A stretch of 64,000 nt of DNA, taken from NCBI GenBank assembly GCA_963795005.1, contig CAWCGE010000016.1, forward strand, positions 1,314-65,313, written 5' to 3'. Position 1 is the first letter of the stretch. Each line of letters starts with the position of its first letter. Shown piece by piece: positions 17,913 to 27,141 of the stretch. The notes under the pieces were generated by a model that searched no databases, was not told the DNA's origin, and worked only from the letters and a program-made list of their open reading frames with translations. Position numbers and translations under genes: made by a program. This stretch comes from an uncultured Acidobacteriota bacterium. GTDB lineage: Bacteria; Acidobacteriota; Terriglobia; Acidiferrales; UBA7541.

Positions 17913-17942
17913 TGGTTCATGCGACCTGTCTGGAAGCAACTT

Positions 17943-17971
17943 AGTATAATTTCTATACCGCAAAAAGGCAA
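17943..17971 (-). promoter_or_regulatory. Sigma70-like promoter on the minus strand, overlapping a plus-strand TATAAT
   Basis: The minus strand reads TTGCCT, a 17-nt spacer, then TATACT. On the plus strand a consensus TATAAT occupies 17945-17950, 135 nt upstream of the S41 peptidase ATG. Confidence 0.45.
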
Positions 17972-18084
17972 GACCGCCCGAAAACCGCCCAGCAACTCGC
18001 CTCAAAAGGCCGCTTGGCGGAAATCGCCCGTTCATGTATATATCCCAGTGATACGTTCCCCAAGCGTACCCCTGGAGGGATTCC

Positions 18085-19416
18085 ATGCCCCAGCGTCGAA
18101 TCCTGAAATTAGCGCTCGCTTCGGCATTTGTGGCGGCCGCTTTGCCTGGCGTGCCTCTGCGATCGCGGCAGAAGATGGACTCCCTCAATCAAGATCGCGC
18201 GCGGGGGATGTTGCGGGATGCTTATGACAACGTGAAAAAGCGTTACTACGACCCGAAGTTCCATGGTTTGGACATCGACGCGCGCTACCGGGAATTCGAC
18301 GAGAAAATCCGCAATGCCGTATCCCTGAGCCAATCGTTCGGCGTGATTGCCGGGTTTCTCGACGGCCTGAACGACTCCCACACGTTCTTTACCCCTCCCT
18401 CGCGGCCCTATCGAGTGGATTACGGATACCGCATGCAGATCTACGGCAGCGACTGCTTTATTTCAAGGGTGCGGCCCGGGACCGACGCGGAGTCCAAGAT
18501 CCATCCGGGTGATCAAGTGCTTGGGTATAACAAGTTCACGGTAAATCGCGCGGACTTTTGGAAGATGGACTATTACTTCAACAGTCTGGCGCCACAGAAG
18601 GCCTCGATTCTTGAGGTTCGCGATGGGAACGGCCCATCTCGGCAAGTAACGATTGATGCTAAGGTCCGCGAGTTGAAAAGAGTCCTCGACCTCACCGGGC
18701 AAGATGGGGGAAGCGACATTTGGGATTTGCTCAGGCAAGAAGAAAATTCGGATCACATCGTGCGCCAACGCTGGGTGGACGTGGGCGACGTGATGATCTG
18801 GAAAATGCCGGAGTTTTTCATCGAGGACCACGAAGTAGATCGCATATTTAGCGATGCGCGGAAACACAAAACCCTGATTCTGGACTTGCGCGGGAACCAC
18901 GGCGGCGCGATCACTACGCTGGACCGAATGCTCGGCAATCTCTTCGACCATGATGTGAAAATTGCGGATCGCCTAGGCCGTAAGGAAATGAAGCCGGAAA
19001 TCGCGAAAACTCGCGGCAACGACGTATTCACGGGCAAGTTGATTGTCCTGGTGGACAGTGTTTCGGCGTCCGCCGCGGAACTATTCCCGCGAGTCATCCA
19101 ACTTGAGCAGCGCGGCACGGTCGTGGGGGACCAAAGCGCAGGAGCCGTCATGGAAGCCAGACACTATCCCGGGTCCCAAGGGACGGATACTAAGATCTTT
19201 TACGGGTTCTCCATCACGGAAGCCGACCTCATCATGAAAGACGGCAAGAGCCTGGAACATGTGGGCGTCACGCCCGAGGAGCTGGTGGTTCCCACCGCAC
19301 AAGACCTTGCCAATGGAAATGATCCCGTTCTGGCCCGCGCCGCTCAGATGAGCGGTTTGAACCTGAATCCGGCAGCCGCAGGAAAAATGTTCCCTTTCGA
19401 GTGGCTTCCGAACTAA
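18085..19416 (+). CDS. S41-family (tail-specific/C-terminal processing) peptidase
   Basis: A signal-like N-terminus is present. The protein contains LILDLRGNHGGAITTLDRMLGNLF and LIVLVDSVSASAAELFPRVIQ, which look like the S41 catalytic core. Confidence 0.8.
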   Translation: MPQRRILKLALASAFVAAALPGVPLRSRQKMDSLNQDRARGMLRDAYDNVKKRYYDPKFHGLDIDARYREFDEKIRNAVSLSQSFGVIAGFLDGLNDSHTFFTPPSRPYRVDYGYRMQIYGSDCFISRVRPGTDAESKIHPGDQVLGYNKFTVNRADFWKMDYYFNSLAPQKASILEVRDGNGPSRQVTIDAKVRELKRVLDLTGQDGGSDIWDLLRQEENSDHIVRQRWVDVGDVMIWKMPEFFIEDHEVDRIFSDARKHKTLILDLRGNHGGAITTLDRMLGNLFDHDVKIADRLGRKEMKPEIAKTRGNDVFTGKLIVLVDSVSASAAELFPRVIQLEQRGTVVGDQSAGAVMEARHYPGSQGTDTKIFYGFSITEADLIMKDGKSLEHVGVTPEELVVPTAQDLANGNDPVLARAAQMSGLNLNPAAAGKMFPFEWLPN

Positions 19417-19434
19417 CAATTGAACTGCAAAAAT

Positions 19435-19467
19435 AAAGGCCTCCCAGTTTGCGCCCGGGAGGCCTTT
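19435..19467. terminator. Bidirectional terminator hairpin between convergent genes
   Basis: The stem is AAAGGCCTCCC...GGGAGGCCTTT. On the minus strand it is followed by TTTATTTTT, downstream of skp. On the plus strand it is followed by TTT. Confidence 0.65.
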
Positions 19468-19510
19468 GGGGGTTCCGAGGCTCGGCAGCGATCTCGTCCG
19501 AGCTGCTCAG

Positions 19511-20140
19511 CTACTGTTGCGGCGGCGTTTGCGGCTTGGGCGCTGGAGCACGCTGCTGTGCGGGCGGCCGTGTCGTTGCACCGGTCTTCACCGGATAGGT
19601 TTGGTCATACAGGCGAATGATCTCCTGCGTCACGTCCACCGAATTCGCGGCGAAAATTACCGGCGAGCTTTGGCCGGAACGGTCGAGAATCACGCTGTAA
19701 CCGTTGTCCCGGGAGTATTTGGTCAGAACATCAATCATCTTGCGCCCGATGCGGTCCACAATCTCGCGCTGCGCTTCGTTGAAGTCATCTTGCGCATCCT
19801 GCGATTTTCGCTGGTAGGAGCGCTGCAACTGCTGGCCTTCCCGATCGAGCCGCGCCTTTTCATCGTCGCTCAACGTCGTCTGCCCCGTGCGCATGCGCGT
19901 TTGAATATCTTCCATCTGCTTCTGCATGCTGGTGAGCTCTGTCTGCCGCGGCGCGAACTGCGATTGCAACTCCGCAGCGGCCTGCTTTCCTTCCGCAGTG
20001 CTGGTGATGGCCACCTGAACGTCAATGACGCCCACCTTCTCGGCTCCTGCCGCCGCTGCGCCGCCCGTTTGCGCCCACATTGCGGGAACCATCAGGAACG
20101 CCACCAGGGCTGTTGCTGCCAATCGAATCTTCATTCTCAC
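19511..20140 (-). CDS. skp: OmpH/Skp-family periplasmic chaperone
   Basis: The signal peptide is MRMKIRLAATALVAFLMVPAMWAQ. The coiled region reads VGVIDVQVAITSTAEGKQAAAELQSQFAPRQTELTSMQKQMEDIQ.... A strong AAGGAG Shine-Dalgarno sequence precedes the start. Confidence 0.88.
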   Translation of the reverse strand: MRMKIRLAATALVAFLMVPAMWAQTGGAAAAGAEKVGVIDVQVAITSTAEGKQAAAELQSQFAPRQTELTSMQKQMEDIQTRMRTGQTTLSDDEKARLDREGQQLQRSYQRKSQDAQDDFNEAQREIVDRIGRKMIDVLTKYSRDNGYSVILDRSGQSSPVIFAANSVDVTQEIIRLYDQTYPVKTGATTRPPAQQRAPAPKPQTPPQQ

Positions 20141-20233
20141 TCCTTAGAGTAGATGTTCATGTTCATTCGGATCATGATTCCCAGAGTCTGCCGCACGTAC
20201 TGCCAAGTACAAATCACCAAACACAAATCGGGA

Positions 20234-20263
20234 ATTATAGCTGTCGCCGGAGAAACAGGTCAA
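20234..20263 (-). promoter_or_regulatory. Near-consensus sigma70 promoter for skp
   Basis: The minus strand reads TTGACC, an 18-nt spacer, then TATAAT. It lies about 90 nt upstream of the skp ATG in a low-GC 269-bp spacer. Confidence 0.55.
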
Positions 20264-20409
20264 TCGGTTTCAGCTAGCATCGCGCCACACAACATCGCTA
20301 TCCGTGGCGGCCATTTTGTGATGCCCTGGCACGATGCATGGTTGGCCCCGGCGGCACCGCTCGGCTGTGGCCCGAGTCACTCCGCCAAGGCCACAAAATT
20401 CATCGCTGC

Positions 20410-23400
20410 CTAATTCGGCAGCGGCACCAGCAGCACGCGATTGTTCGTCGGATCCACTTGCACGGCCACGTTCAACCGGGGATCGATGGCCACCGAGTTC
20501 GGACCGATCACCAGCGACGCAGCCGGCATCAAGCCGCCCACGTCAATGATGTCGTGCACCTGCGGCGTCGGGCAGTTCGTCGCGCCGTTCGGATTCGGCG
20601 GACAAACATAGTCCAGGACCGAAAGCGTATTGCTGGCCGCGTTCGACGTCACCAGCGTGCTCGCATTGAAATTGTAGTCGAGCGATGTCGGGTTGATACC
20701 CGTGCTGAGTGTACCCAGGACGGCGCCCGTCAACGGATTCACGATGAGGATGTCATTCAGCGAACTGTCCACCACCAGAAAATCCTGGTTCGCTGCGTCA
20801 AAGACGACGCCCGTCGGAAGCTGCAGGTTGCTCACCTGCGGTATCGGTATGCCCCCACCCGGGAGGACCAGGAGATCGAGCGCGCTGGTCTGCGAAGCAA
20901 TTGTAACGGCTCCGATATTTTGAGACGGATCGTTGTTGGGAGCAGGGTCGATAGCAACGGCCAACGGTTGAAAGTCAATGGGCGATCCGTTGGAGACGAT
21001 CGTTGACGCGGTCGCCCCGGTCACGATAAACGTCCCGAGTGCTCCCTCGTTCGCGGGATTACCCCCTGAGCTGGGCGGAATCGTGTTGGTGACTGCGGCC
21101 AGAGCAGAGTCCTGATTCAGCGCCACCCCAATAGGCAGCGTTCCTCCCCCTATCGAAAGCGTTACGGGACTGTTGAAAACCCCGTTTAACCCTTTCTCGT
21201 CGAGAATCGTGACGTCGTTGCTTCCGTTATTCGCGACCACCGCCTGCCCGGTTCGCGCGAGGATCGCAACACCGTATGGCGTTGTTCCAGTGTTAAAGAA
21301 ACTCGGCGATTGCGGCGATATCAGCGAACCGTTCAACAGGTTCACCACCGAGATGTTGCCGCTGCTGGAATTCGTCACCACCGCCTGATCCAGATACGAG
21401 TCCACGGCCACACCCACGGGGCTCGTACCCACCGTCACAGGCTGGAACACGGTTAGATCGGTGACGTTCGAAATCGCTGCGCCATTTTGCACGTAGACAA
21501 TGTAACGTCGCGCCGTCGCCAAATCGGCTGCGGGAATCGCCGCCGTAACCTGCCGGCTGCTTATCGGCGTTGTAGGCACCGCGGTGCCGTCCAGGACCAC
21601 TTGCGAACTGCCGGTAAAACCGTTGCCAACAATGGAGAGGGTCACGCCGACTGCGGGGGTCTGAGCATATACAACGGACGGGCTGGATTCCAAAATCTGT
21701 AGCGGGTTCGGCGTTGTCGTTGCCAAGAGCACCACCGACACGGTGTTGTTCCCTTGATTCACCACGTAGGCAGTATTCGTCACCGCATTCACCGCCACTG
21801 CCTGCGGGTTGCTGAAGCCCGCAATCGTCTGCAGTACGATGCTATTTTTCAGGTCCACCACATACGCATTGTTCGCGGCTCCGTTCACCGCAATTCCAAT
21901 ATTCGCCAGTGGGTTCACAGCCGCAGCGACTAGCCCTGTCGGTGAGAATGTCCCACCCCCAGGCAGCGTGAACGAAGCTGAACTGACCGATTGATCGAGC
22001 AGACTGAACGTTGTCAGACTAGGCTCCGGGGTAGGCACGTCGATCGGGCCGTTTGGGTCGGTCAGTAATGCTTGGTGCGTTTCGCTGTTAATCCCGATTC
22101 CGCGCGTCGAGGTGGAAACCAGCACATTGCCGATCACCAGAGGAGTTCGTAGCACGTCCGTCGAGTTCGCACCCACCCCTCGATTGTGGCCAAGGTCTAC
22201 GATGGTAATGGCGCCCGCACCTCCCGGCGTGCTAATCGCCCAATTCAATCTCGGGTCGACCGCCACCTGAGGTTGCAGGCCGGTGCCGACCGTAGCGATC
22301 GTCCCGCTCACGGTTTGGACGTAGGTGGGCACCCCGCCCGAGAAATCGAGGATCACAGCAATGTTGGTGGATTGAAAAACCACCATCCCGCGATGAGTCA
22401 GGGGATTGATCGCAATCGCGTAGGGCACGGGTTGCGGATTTGGCGGCGTGTTCGGATTGGGCAACGGTAGCGTTGTTACCGCCAGCGTGGTGAGGTCAAT
22501 CACCGAAACCGAATTGTCTACGCTATTGGTGACAGCGGCGATGTGATCGCCCAGCGTTCCGATAGACGTGGTGATTTGATCGTCAATCGCGACGCTGGTC
22601 GGACTGTGGCCGACTGCCACCGGCGAACCGGCCACAGGTGTGTTCGTCGCCAGATTGATAATGCTGACTGTGTTGTCGCCCGTGTTAGCGATGACTGCCA
22701 CGTTTAGCGAAGGATCAATCGCGATGGCTTGAGGCGACGTTCCTACCGCAAAGCTCGATGCCACGGCGGTGGCGATATCCCCCGGCCCAGGCTCGACTGC
22801 AATATTCGCCGCCGACATCGCGGGATTCGGCGCCACAACGTCGCTATTCCGGACAATCAGCGGATAGAGACCCGGCGAAGACACGCACCCACCTGGTATC
22901 GTGACGCTCAATTGCTGGCTGCTGGTGAGCGCAGCGGCCGCGGTCACGCCATTGCATTGAACCCTGGTCTGCGGCGAGAAATAGCCGCCGACTACATTCA
23001 CACCCAGATTCGTTCCGCCCGATATCAGCGTGTCCGGCGTGATGGCCACCACAGCAGGGCGGGACGGCACCACCGTCAAACCCTGCGGTCCGGATAGTCC
23101 AGTCGAGACATCGCCGTTTTGCGCTTGCACCACCAGTTGCAAAAGCCCCGCGCTCGTTAGCGAGCTCGCAGGAATCGTGGCGCGCAACAGCGTTCCAGTT
23201 ATGAAGATTGTGGGTATCGCCTGGGCCGGGTTGCCCACCAGAACCACGTCGTTTGAATTAAAATTCGTTCCAGTGAGATAGACGTCTTGCTGCAGCGATC
23301 CTTCGCCGACCGTATTCGGCACTAGCGAAGTCAGTGTCGGAGCGCCCGCGGAGGAGATCGATACGGTCGCTGTCCCCTGCACCGCGGGATCGAATGCCGA

Positions 23401-24072
23401 AACCGCCGAGATCGTCACGGACCCAGGTGCGCCACTGACCGGCGCGAAATATTCGCCCGCAGTACAGGCCACCGTGATCTGCGAACTCGGGCAGATGTAG
23501 CCATCCGCCGCGGTGCCTCCCGCTGTTCCACCCACTTCCCAGGTGACATTCGTATTCGTTGTACCGGTCACGTTCGCGGTGAATTGGAAATGGTCGCCCG
23601 CGGCGATCGTCGCAGTGGCGGGTATGATGTTGACCTCGATGCCCGATTTGAGTGTCACGGTCGCAGCGCCGAAAGCCTGGGTGTCCACGGTGCTGGTGGC
23701 CACAATTAAGAACGGATTGGTCGCCGGGGCGGTTTTGGGCGCCGTATACAGGCCCCCCGGAGTGTTGTTCTGTCCGGTGGTAATGGTCCCGTATCCACTT
23801 GGCAATTGAGTCTGGCCGACTGTTGCCGGGCTGCAGGTTGTCGGCTGGACGTTGCTCGGCGTGGGAGGCAGGCAAATTTGCCAAGTGACCGTCGTGGTGG
23901 AAGACCCCGTTACGGTCGCCTGAAACTGAAACTGTGCGCCAAAAGGAACCGTTTCCGTAGGGGTGTTGATGGTGACGCCCACGGGCGTCGAGTTCCCGCC
24001 GCAGCCGGACAAGACTGCAAGCGCGCAAACGACAAACGCCGGCGCAGCCAACTTCAAGAGCTTATTGCCCAT
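20410..24072 (-). CDS. Giant lipoprotein with Ig-like and IPT/TIG domains plus two or more YVTN-type beta-propeller repeat blocks
   Basis: I trimmed track ORF 20410..24168 to MGNKLLKLAAPAFVVCALAVLSGCGG, which carries the lipobox LSGC and is preceded by GAGGGTGGAAGAA. Recurrent ...VG.SP.(A/G)(I/V)A(I/V)D....A(V/I)V(A/T)N.....VS(V/I)(I/V)(D/N)L... repeats are present. IPT-like segments such as VYLTGTNFNSNDVVLVG also occur. Confidence 0.8.
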   Translation of the reverse strand: MGNKLLKLAAPAFVVCALAVLSGCGGNSTPVGVTINTPTETVPFGAQFQFQATVTGSSTTTVTWQICLPPTPSNVQPTTCSPATVGQTQLPSGYGTITTGQNNTPGGLYTAPKTAPATNPFLIVATSTVDTQAFGAATVTLKSGIEVNIIPATATIAAGDHFQFTANVTGTTNTNVTWEVGGTAGGTAADGYICPSSQITVACTAGEYFAPVSGAPGSVTISAVSAFDPAVQGTATVSISSAGAPTLTSLVPNTVGEGSLQQDVYLTGTNFNSNDVVLVGNPAQAIPTIFITGTLLRATIPASSLTSAGLLQLVVQAQNGDVSTGLSGPQGLTVVPSRPAVVAITPDTLISGGTNLGVNVVGGYFSPQTRVQCNGVTAAAALTSSQQLSVTIPGGCVSSPGLYPLIVRNSDVVAPNPAMSAANIAVEPGPGDIATAVASSFAVGTSPQAIAIDPSLNVAVIANTGDNTVSIINLATNTPVAGSPVAVGHSPTSVAIDDQITTSIGTLGDHIAAVTNSVDNSVSVIDLTTLAVTTLPLPNPNTPPNPQPVPYAIAINPLTHRGMVVFQSTNIAVILDFSGGVPTYVQTVSGTIATVGTGLQPQVAVDPRLNWAISTPGGAGAITIVDLGHNRGVGANSTDVLRTPLVIGNVLVSTSTRGIGINSETHQALLTDPNGPIDVPTPEPSLTTFSLLDQSVSSASFTLPGGGTFSPTGLVAAAVNPLANIGIAVNGAANNAYVVDLKNSIVLQTIAGFSNPQAVAVNAVTNTAYVVNQGNNTVSVVLLATTTPNPLQILESSPSVVYAQTPAVGVTLSIVGNGFTGSSQVVLDGTAVPTTPISSRQVTAAIPAADLATARRYIVYVQNGAAISNVTDLTVFQPVTVGTSPVGVAVDSYLDQAVVTNSSSGNISVVNLLNGSLISPQSPSFFNTGTTPYGVAILARTGQAVVANNGSNDVTILDEKGLNGVFNSPVTLSIGGGTLPIGVALNQDSALAAVTNTIPPSSGGNPANEGALGTFIVTGATASTIVSNGSPIDFQPLAVAIDPAPNNDPSQNIGAVTIASQTSALDLLVLPGGGIPIPQVSNLQLPTGVVFDAANQDFLVVDSSLNDILIVNPLTGAVLGTLSTGINPTSLDYNFNASTLVTSNAASNTLSVLDYVCPPNPNGATNCPTPQVHDIIDVGGLMPAASLVIGPNSVAIDPRLNVAVQVDPTNNRVLLVPLPN

Positions 24073-24179
24073 TTCTTCCACCCTCTCTGCTGAATTCATC
24101 GCGCACTGCAATCCGTCCAGCGCGTCATCGGTCGTCGCGTCGTTATAGCTCGAGATCTGCCAACTCAACCGTTCGATCT

Positions 24180-27068
24180 TTAGAACGTCTTACCCACCGT
24201 AAACCGGAAGGTATGCTGCGGCTCGAGCAAGTTGGCCGGAATATGCTGGGTGTTAGTATTAATGATCGTTTGCAACTCCGGCGCAATCTGCGTCTCCAGG
24301 ACGCCCGGAGGCAGAGCATTTTTGACAGCGTCACTCAGATAGTAGCCGCCGCTCAAACCGTTAATGGTCTGATCCAGCCGCAAATAATTGTACGCATAAT
24401 AAACGCGAAATGGCGCGTTGACGATCGGCAATATCACGTCCAGCTCGATTCCCGCCGAGGTGTGTGGCCGGAAATTCGTTCCTCCTACGATCGGAAGATT
24501 GCTCGCAACCTTCAAATTCGGAAAATCCGGGTTGGGATATTGCTGCTGATAGACGGTCACCGCCGCGGGGTCTAGCGCCAGCTGTGATTTTCGCAGAATG
24601 CCATTCACGCCGATGTCGTTGAAGAAAGTGAGTGTGACGGGACCCGCGATCGGGATGCGGTATTCAAAGTTGGCAACGTTCTGAAAATCGCCGCCCGGCC
24701 GCGTGGGGAAAAATTGAATCATGGGTACGTTGATGACCTGCTGCAGGGGCTTTCCTTGTTGATTCAAAATGGTTGGATTCACGTACGGCACGGCCTGGCT
24801 GGTTGCCTCCGGGATTTCCACGAAGGGCGCGATCGTATAAAAATCAAAACCGCGCACATCGTTTTCGCCGCCCAGATAGAACCGGCTGTAAGGCGGAATG
24901 TTTTTCCCGCCGTAGCCCGTGATCATTCCGGTCTGGAATTTCAAACCGATGACGTTGCGGCGTTTATTGACTGGATGGAAGTACGTAGTCACGAAAGAGT
25001 TCGTGATGGTGTTGACGTTGCCCTGGAGCGGCCCGCCCTCGAATCCCAGTCCGTAGTAAAAGCTCTTGCCGCTGGTCGGGTTTTGCGGATTATTTACCGA
25101 GCTGTAGGAGATGGTCGGCGTGATTTTGCTGGAGTCGATTCCGTTCAGCGCCGAGGGTCCCGCCAAGCCGGTAAACTTGATGCTGTCGAACAATAATTGC
25201 GCAGATGTACTGAACGTCTGAATATTCGTGGTGGAATAGCCGTAGGTCAGGCCGATGCGCGTAAAGGAAAGCTTCCGCAGCGGATAGCTAGCAAAAACCG
25301 TCAGGCCCTTCGTGTTGGTCGTGTAATTTTCTTCCAAAGCGGGGTTCAGCGCTACCTGCTGGCCGTAGAAAATGCCGAGCTGTTTCGCCTGGTTGTAGTC
25401 GAACTTGGTCGAAAAAATTGTAAAACCCGTTGAAATCGGCCGGTCGAAAAGGTATGGCTCGGTAAATCCAAAGCGAATGTCGCGCTGGAAGCTGCCGATC
25501 TGCGCGGACAGTGACAGAGTTTCGCCCAGGCCCAGGAAATTATTCGTGGTGTAGGAGCCGCCGATGAAGGTGCCGGCGATGCCGCTCACGCCGCCATTGA
25601 AGCTGATGGATTGCTTGCCTTTCTCCTTGAGCTTCAGCTTGATGTCCACCGTGCCGGCCTTCACGTTGCGTTTCAGTTCCGCGTTTTCCGGTTTGATCGT
25701 GTCGAAATAATTCAACTGATTCAAACGCAGCAAGCTGAGTTCCCAGCGTCGATTGTCGAATACCTGTCCTTCGTCGAGAAGCAGTTCGCGGCGGATAACT
25801 TTATCGCGCGTCGTGGTGTTTCCGGAAAACTCGATGCGCCGCACGAAGAATTGCTTTTGCTGGTCAAACTCCATGGTCAGATTCACAATCTTCTTCGTGT
25901 CATCAATATCCGACAGCGGCGTGGCCACGAAATCAATGTAGCCATACCCGCCGTACAGCTTCTTGTAGTTGTCCAGCGCCTTGCGGATTTTATCCGCTGC
26001 GAAAATGTCGCCTTGCTTCAGCGGAAACACGTTCGCCAGGAATTCCGGCTTGAAAACCAGCCCCTGATCAGGATCGGCGCTGCGGAAATTTAGCTTGCCC
26101 ATGCGGTACTGTTCGCCTTCTTCAATGCTGATCGTAATATCGGCGCGCTTGCCGTTCTTCGAGCCGATCACCGGCCATGGGCCGGGGATCCCGCTGCGAA
26201 CGTCATCCGTGATCTTCACCACCGGATCGCTCAAGTTCACTTTGAAATACCCGTGGTCCTGATAGATGCCGCGAACGCCAACCCCTAAATCCTCGTCCAG
26301 CTTGGCCTTGTCGTAGGTCTTGCTCAGCACCGGAATTTCCGTGATATAGAGCGGAATCGCATAGGGCCGGTCATTGCGCATCGAGCGGATGAGTTTGCGA
26401 TTGGAAAAAGCCTTGGCGCCGACGAACTTGATATCTCCGACCTTTACCTTCGGGCCTTCATCAATATTGAAGACCAATTTCACAGCATTGGTGGCGGCGA
26501 TGCGCTCGTAGGTGGGCTTCACCGTGGCAAACTGCCGGCCATGTTCGGCGAGCAGTGCCTTGATCACCACTTCCGCGCGCTTGATCTTGGTGGGATCGAA
26601 CTGGCTTTCCACCGAGAGGCCCACCTTCTTGTCCTTGAACGCGTCCAGGATGTCAGACTCGGTGATTGATTTGTTGCCCTTGTACTCGATGCGCCGGATG
26701 ATCGGACGCTCTTGCACGTAGAAAACGAGAATTTTTGCGTTGGGCTGGTCGGGGCTGTCTTCTACTTCGAGGCGAATATCTTCGAAGAATTGCGTGTTCC
26801 ACAGCGCCTGAAAATCGCGCCGCACTGCTTCTTCATTATAAGGATCGCCCGGCCGCGAGAAAATCCGGGCCAAAAGCGTGTCGCGCTGGATGCGCCGGTT
26901 GCCGATAAACTCGATTCGCTCGATGACGTATGGTGGGCCGTTGCCTTCCTGCCCGCCCTGAGACTGTTGAGCCGCAAGGATTTGCGCGCAGGGATACGCG
27001 AACAAAGACACACCGGCGAGAAATTGGAATAAACGCAGAAAAATTTTCCTGCAGGCGGCCATGGTCAA
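24180..27068 (-). CDS. bamA: Outer membrane protein assembly factor BamA
   Basis: The 962-aa protein has POTRA repeats (YVIERIEFIGNRRIQRDTLLARIFSRPGDPYNEEAVRRDFQALWNTQFFEDIRLEV...). The C-terminal barrel ends ...HTFRFTVGKTF. Confidence 0.93.
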   Translation of the reverse strand: MTMAACRKIFLRLFQFLAGVSLFAYPCAQILAAQQSQGGQEGNGPPYVIERIEFIGNRRIQRDTLLARIFSRPGDPYNEEAVRRDFQALWNTQFFEDIRLEVEDSPDQPNAKILVFYVQERPIIRRIEYKGNKSITESDILDAFKDKKVGLSVESQFDPTKIKRAEVVIKALLAEHGRQFATVKPTYERIAATNAVKLVFNIDEGPKVKVGDIKFVGAKAFSNRKLIRSMRNDRPYAIPLYITEIPVLSKTYDKAKLDEDLGVGVRGIYQDHGYFKVNLSDPVVKITDDVRSGIPGPWPVIGSKNGKRADITISIEEGEQYRMGKLNFRSADPDQGLVFKPEFLANVFPLKQGDIFAADKIRKALDNYKKLYGGYGYIDFVATPLSDIDDTKKIVNLTMEFDQQKQFFVRRIEFSGNTTTRDKVIRRELLLDEGQVFDNRRWELSLLRLNQLNYFDTIKPENAELKRNVKAGTVDIKLKLKEKGKQSISFNGGVSGIAGTFIGGSYTTNNFLGLGETLSLSAQIGSFQRDIRFGFTEPYLFDRPISTGFTIFSTKFDYNQAKQLGIFYGQQVALNPALEENYTTNTKGLTVFASYPLRKLSFTRIGLTYGYSTTNIQTFSTSAQLLFDSIKFTGLAGPSALNGIDSSKITPTISYSSVNNPQNPTSGKSFYYGLGFEGGPLQGNVNTITNSFVTTYFHPVNKRRNVIGLKFQTGMITGYGGKNIPPYSRFYLGGENDVRGFDFYTIAPFVEIPEATSQAVPYVNPTILNQQGKPLQQVINVPMIQFFPTRPGGDFQNVANFEYRIPIAGPVTLTFFNDIGVNGILRKSQLALDPAAVTVYQQQYPNPDFPNLKVASNLPIVGGTNFRPHTSAGIELDVILPIVNAPFRVYYAYNYLRLDQTINGLSGGYYLSDAVKNALPPGVLETQIAPELQTIINTNTQHIPANLLEPQHTFRFTVGKTF

Positions 27069-27141
27069 GGCCGCAGTATCCCGCCCAAGATTATGTGCTC
27101 CCCCGCCGGACCGCTCCCGTTCCGGCTTGCGCGTAGGATTC

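Noticed and set aside
17921-17940. Resemblance of GACCTGTCTGGAAGCAAC to the SRP (4.5S) RNA domain IV motif
   Set aside because: The match is only partial. There is no complementary strand to form the conserved helix, and the region is better explained as a promoter and leader.
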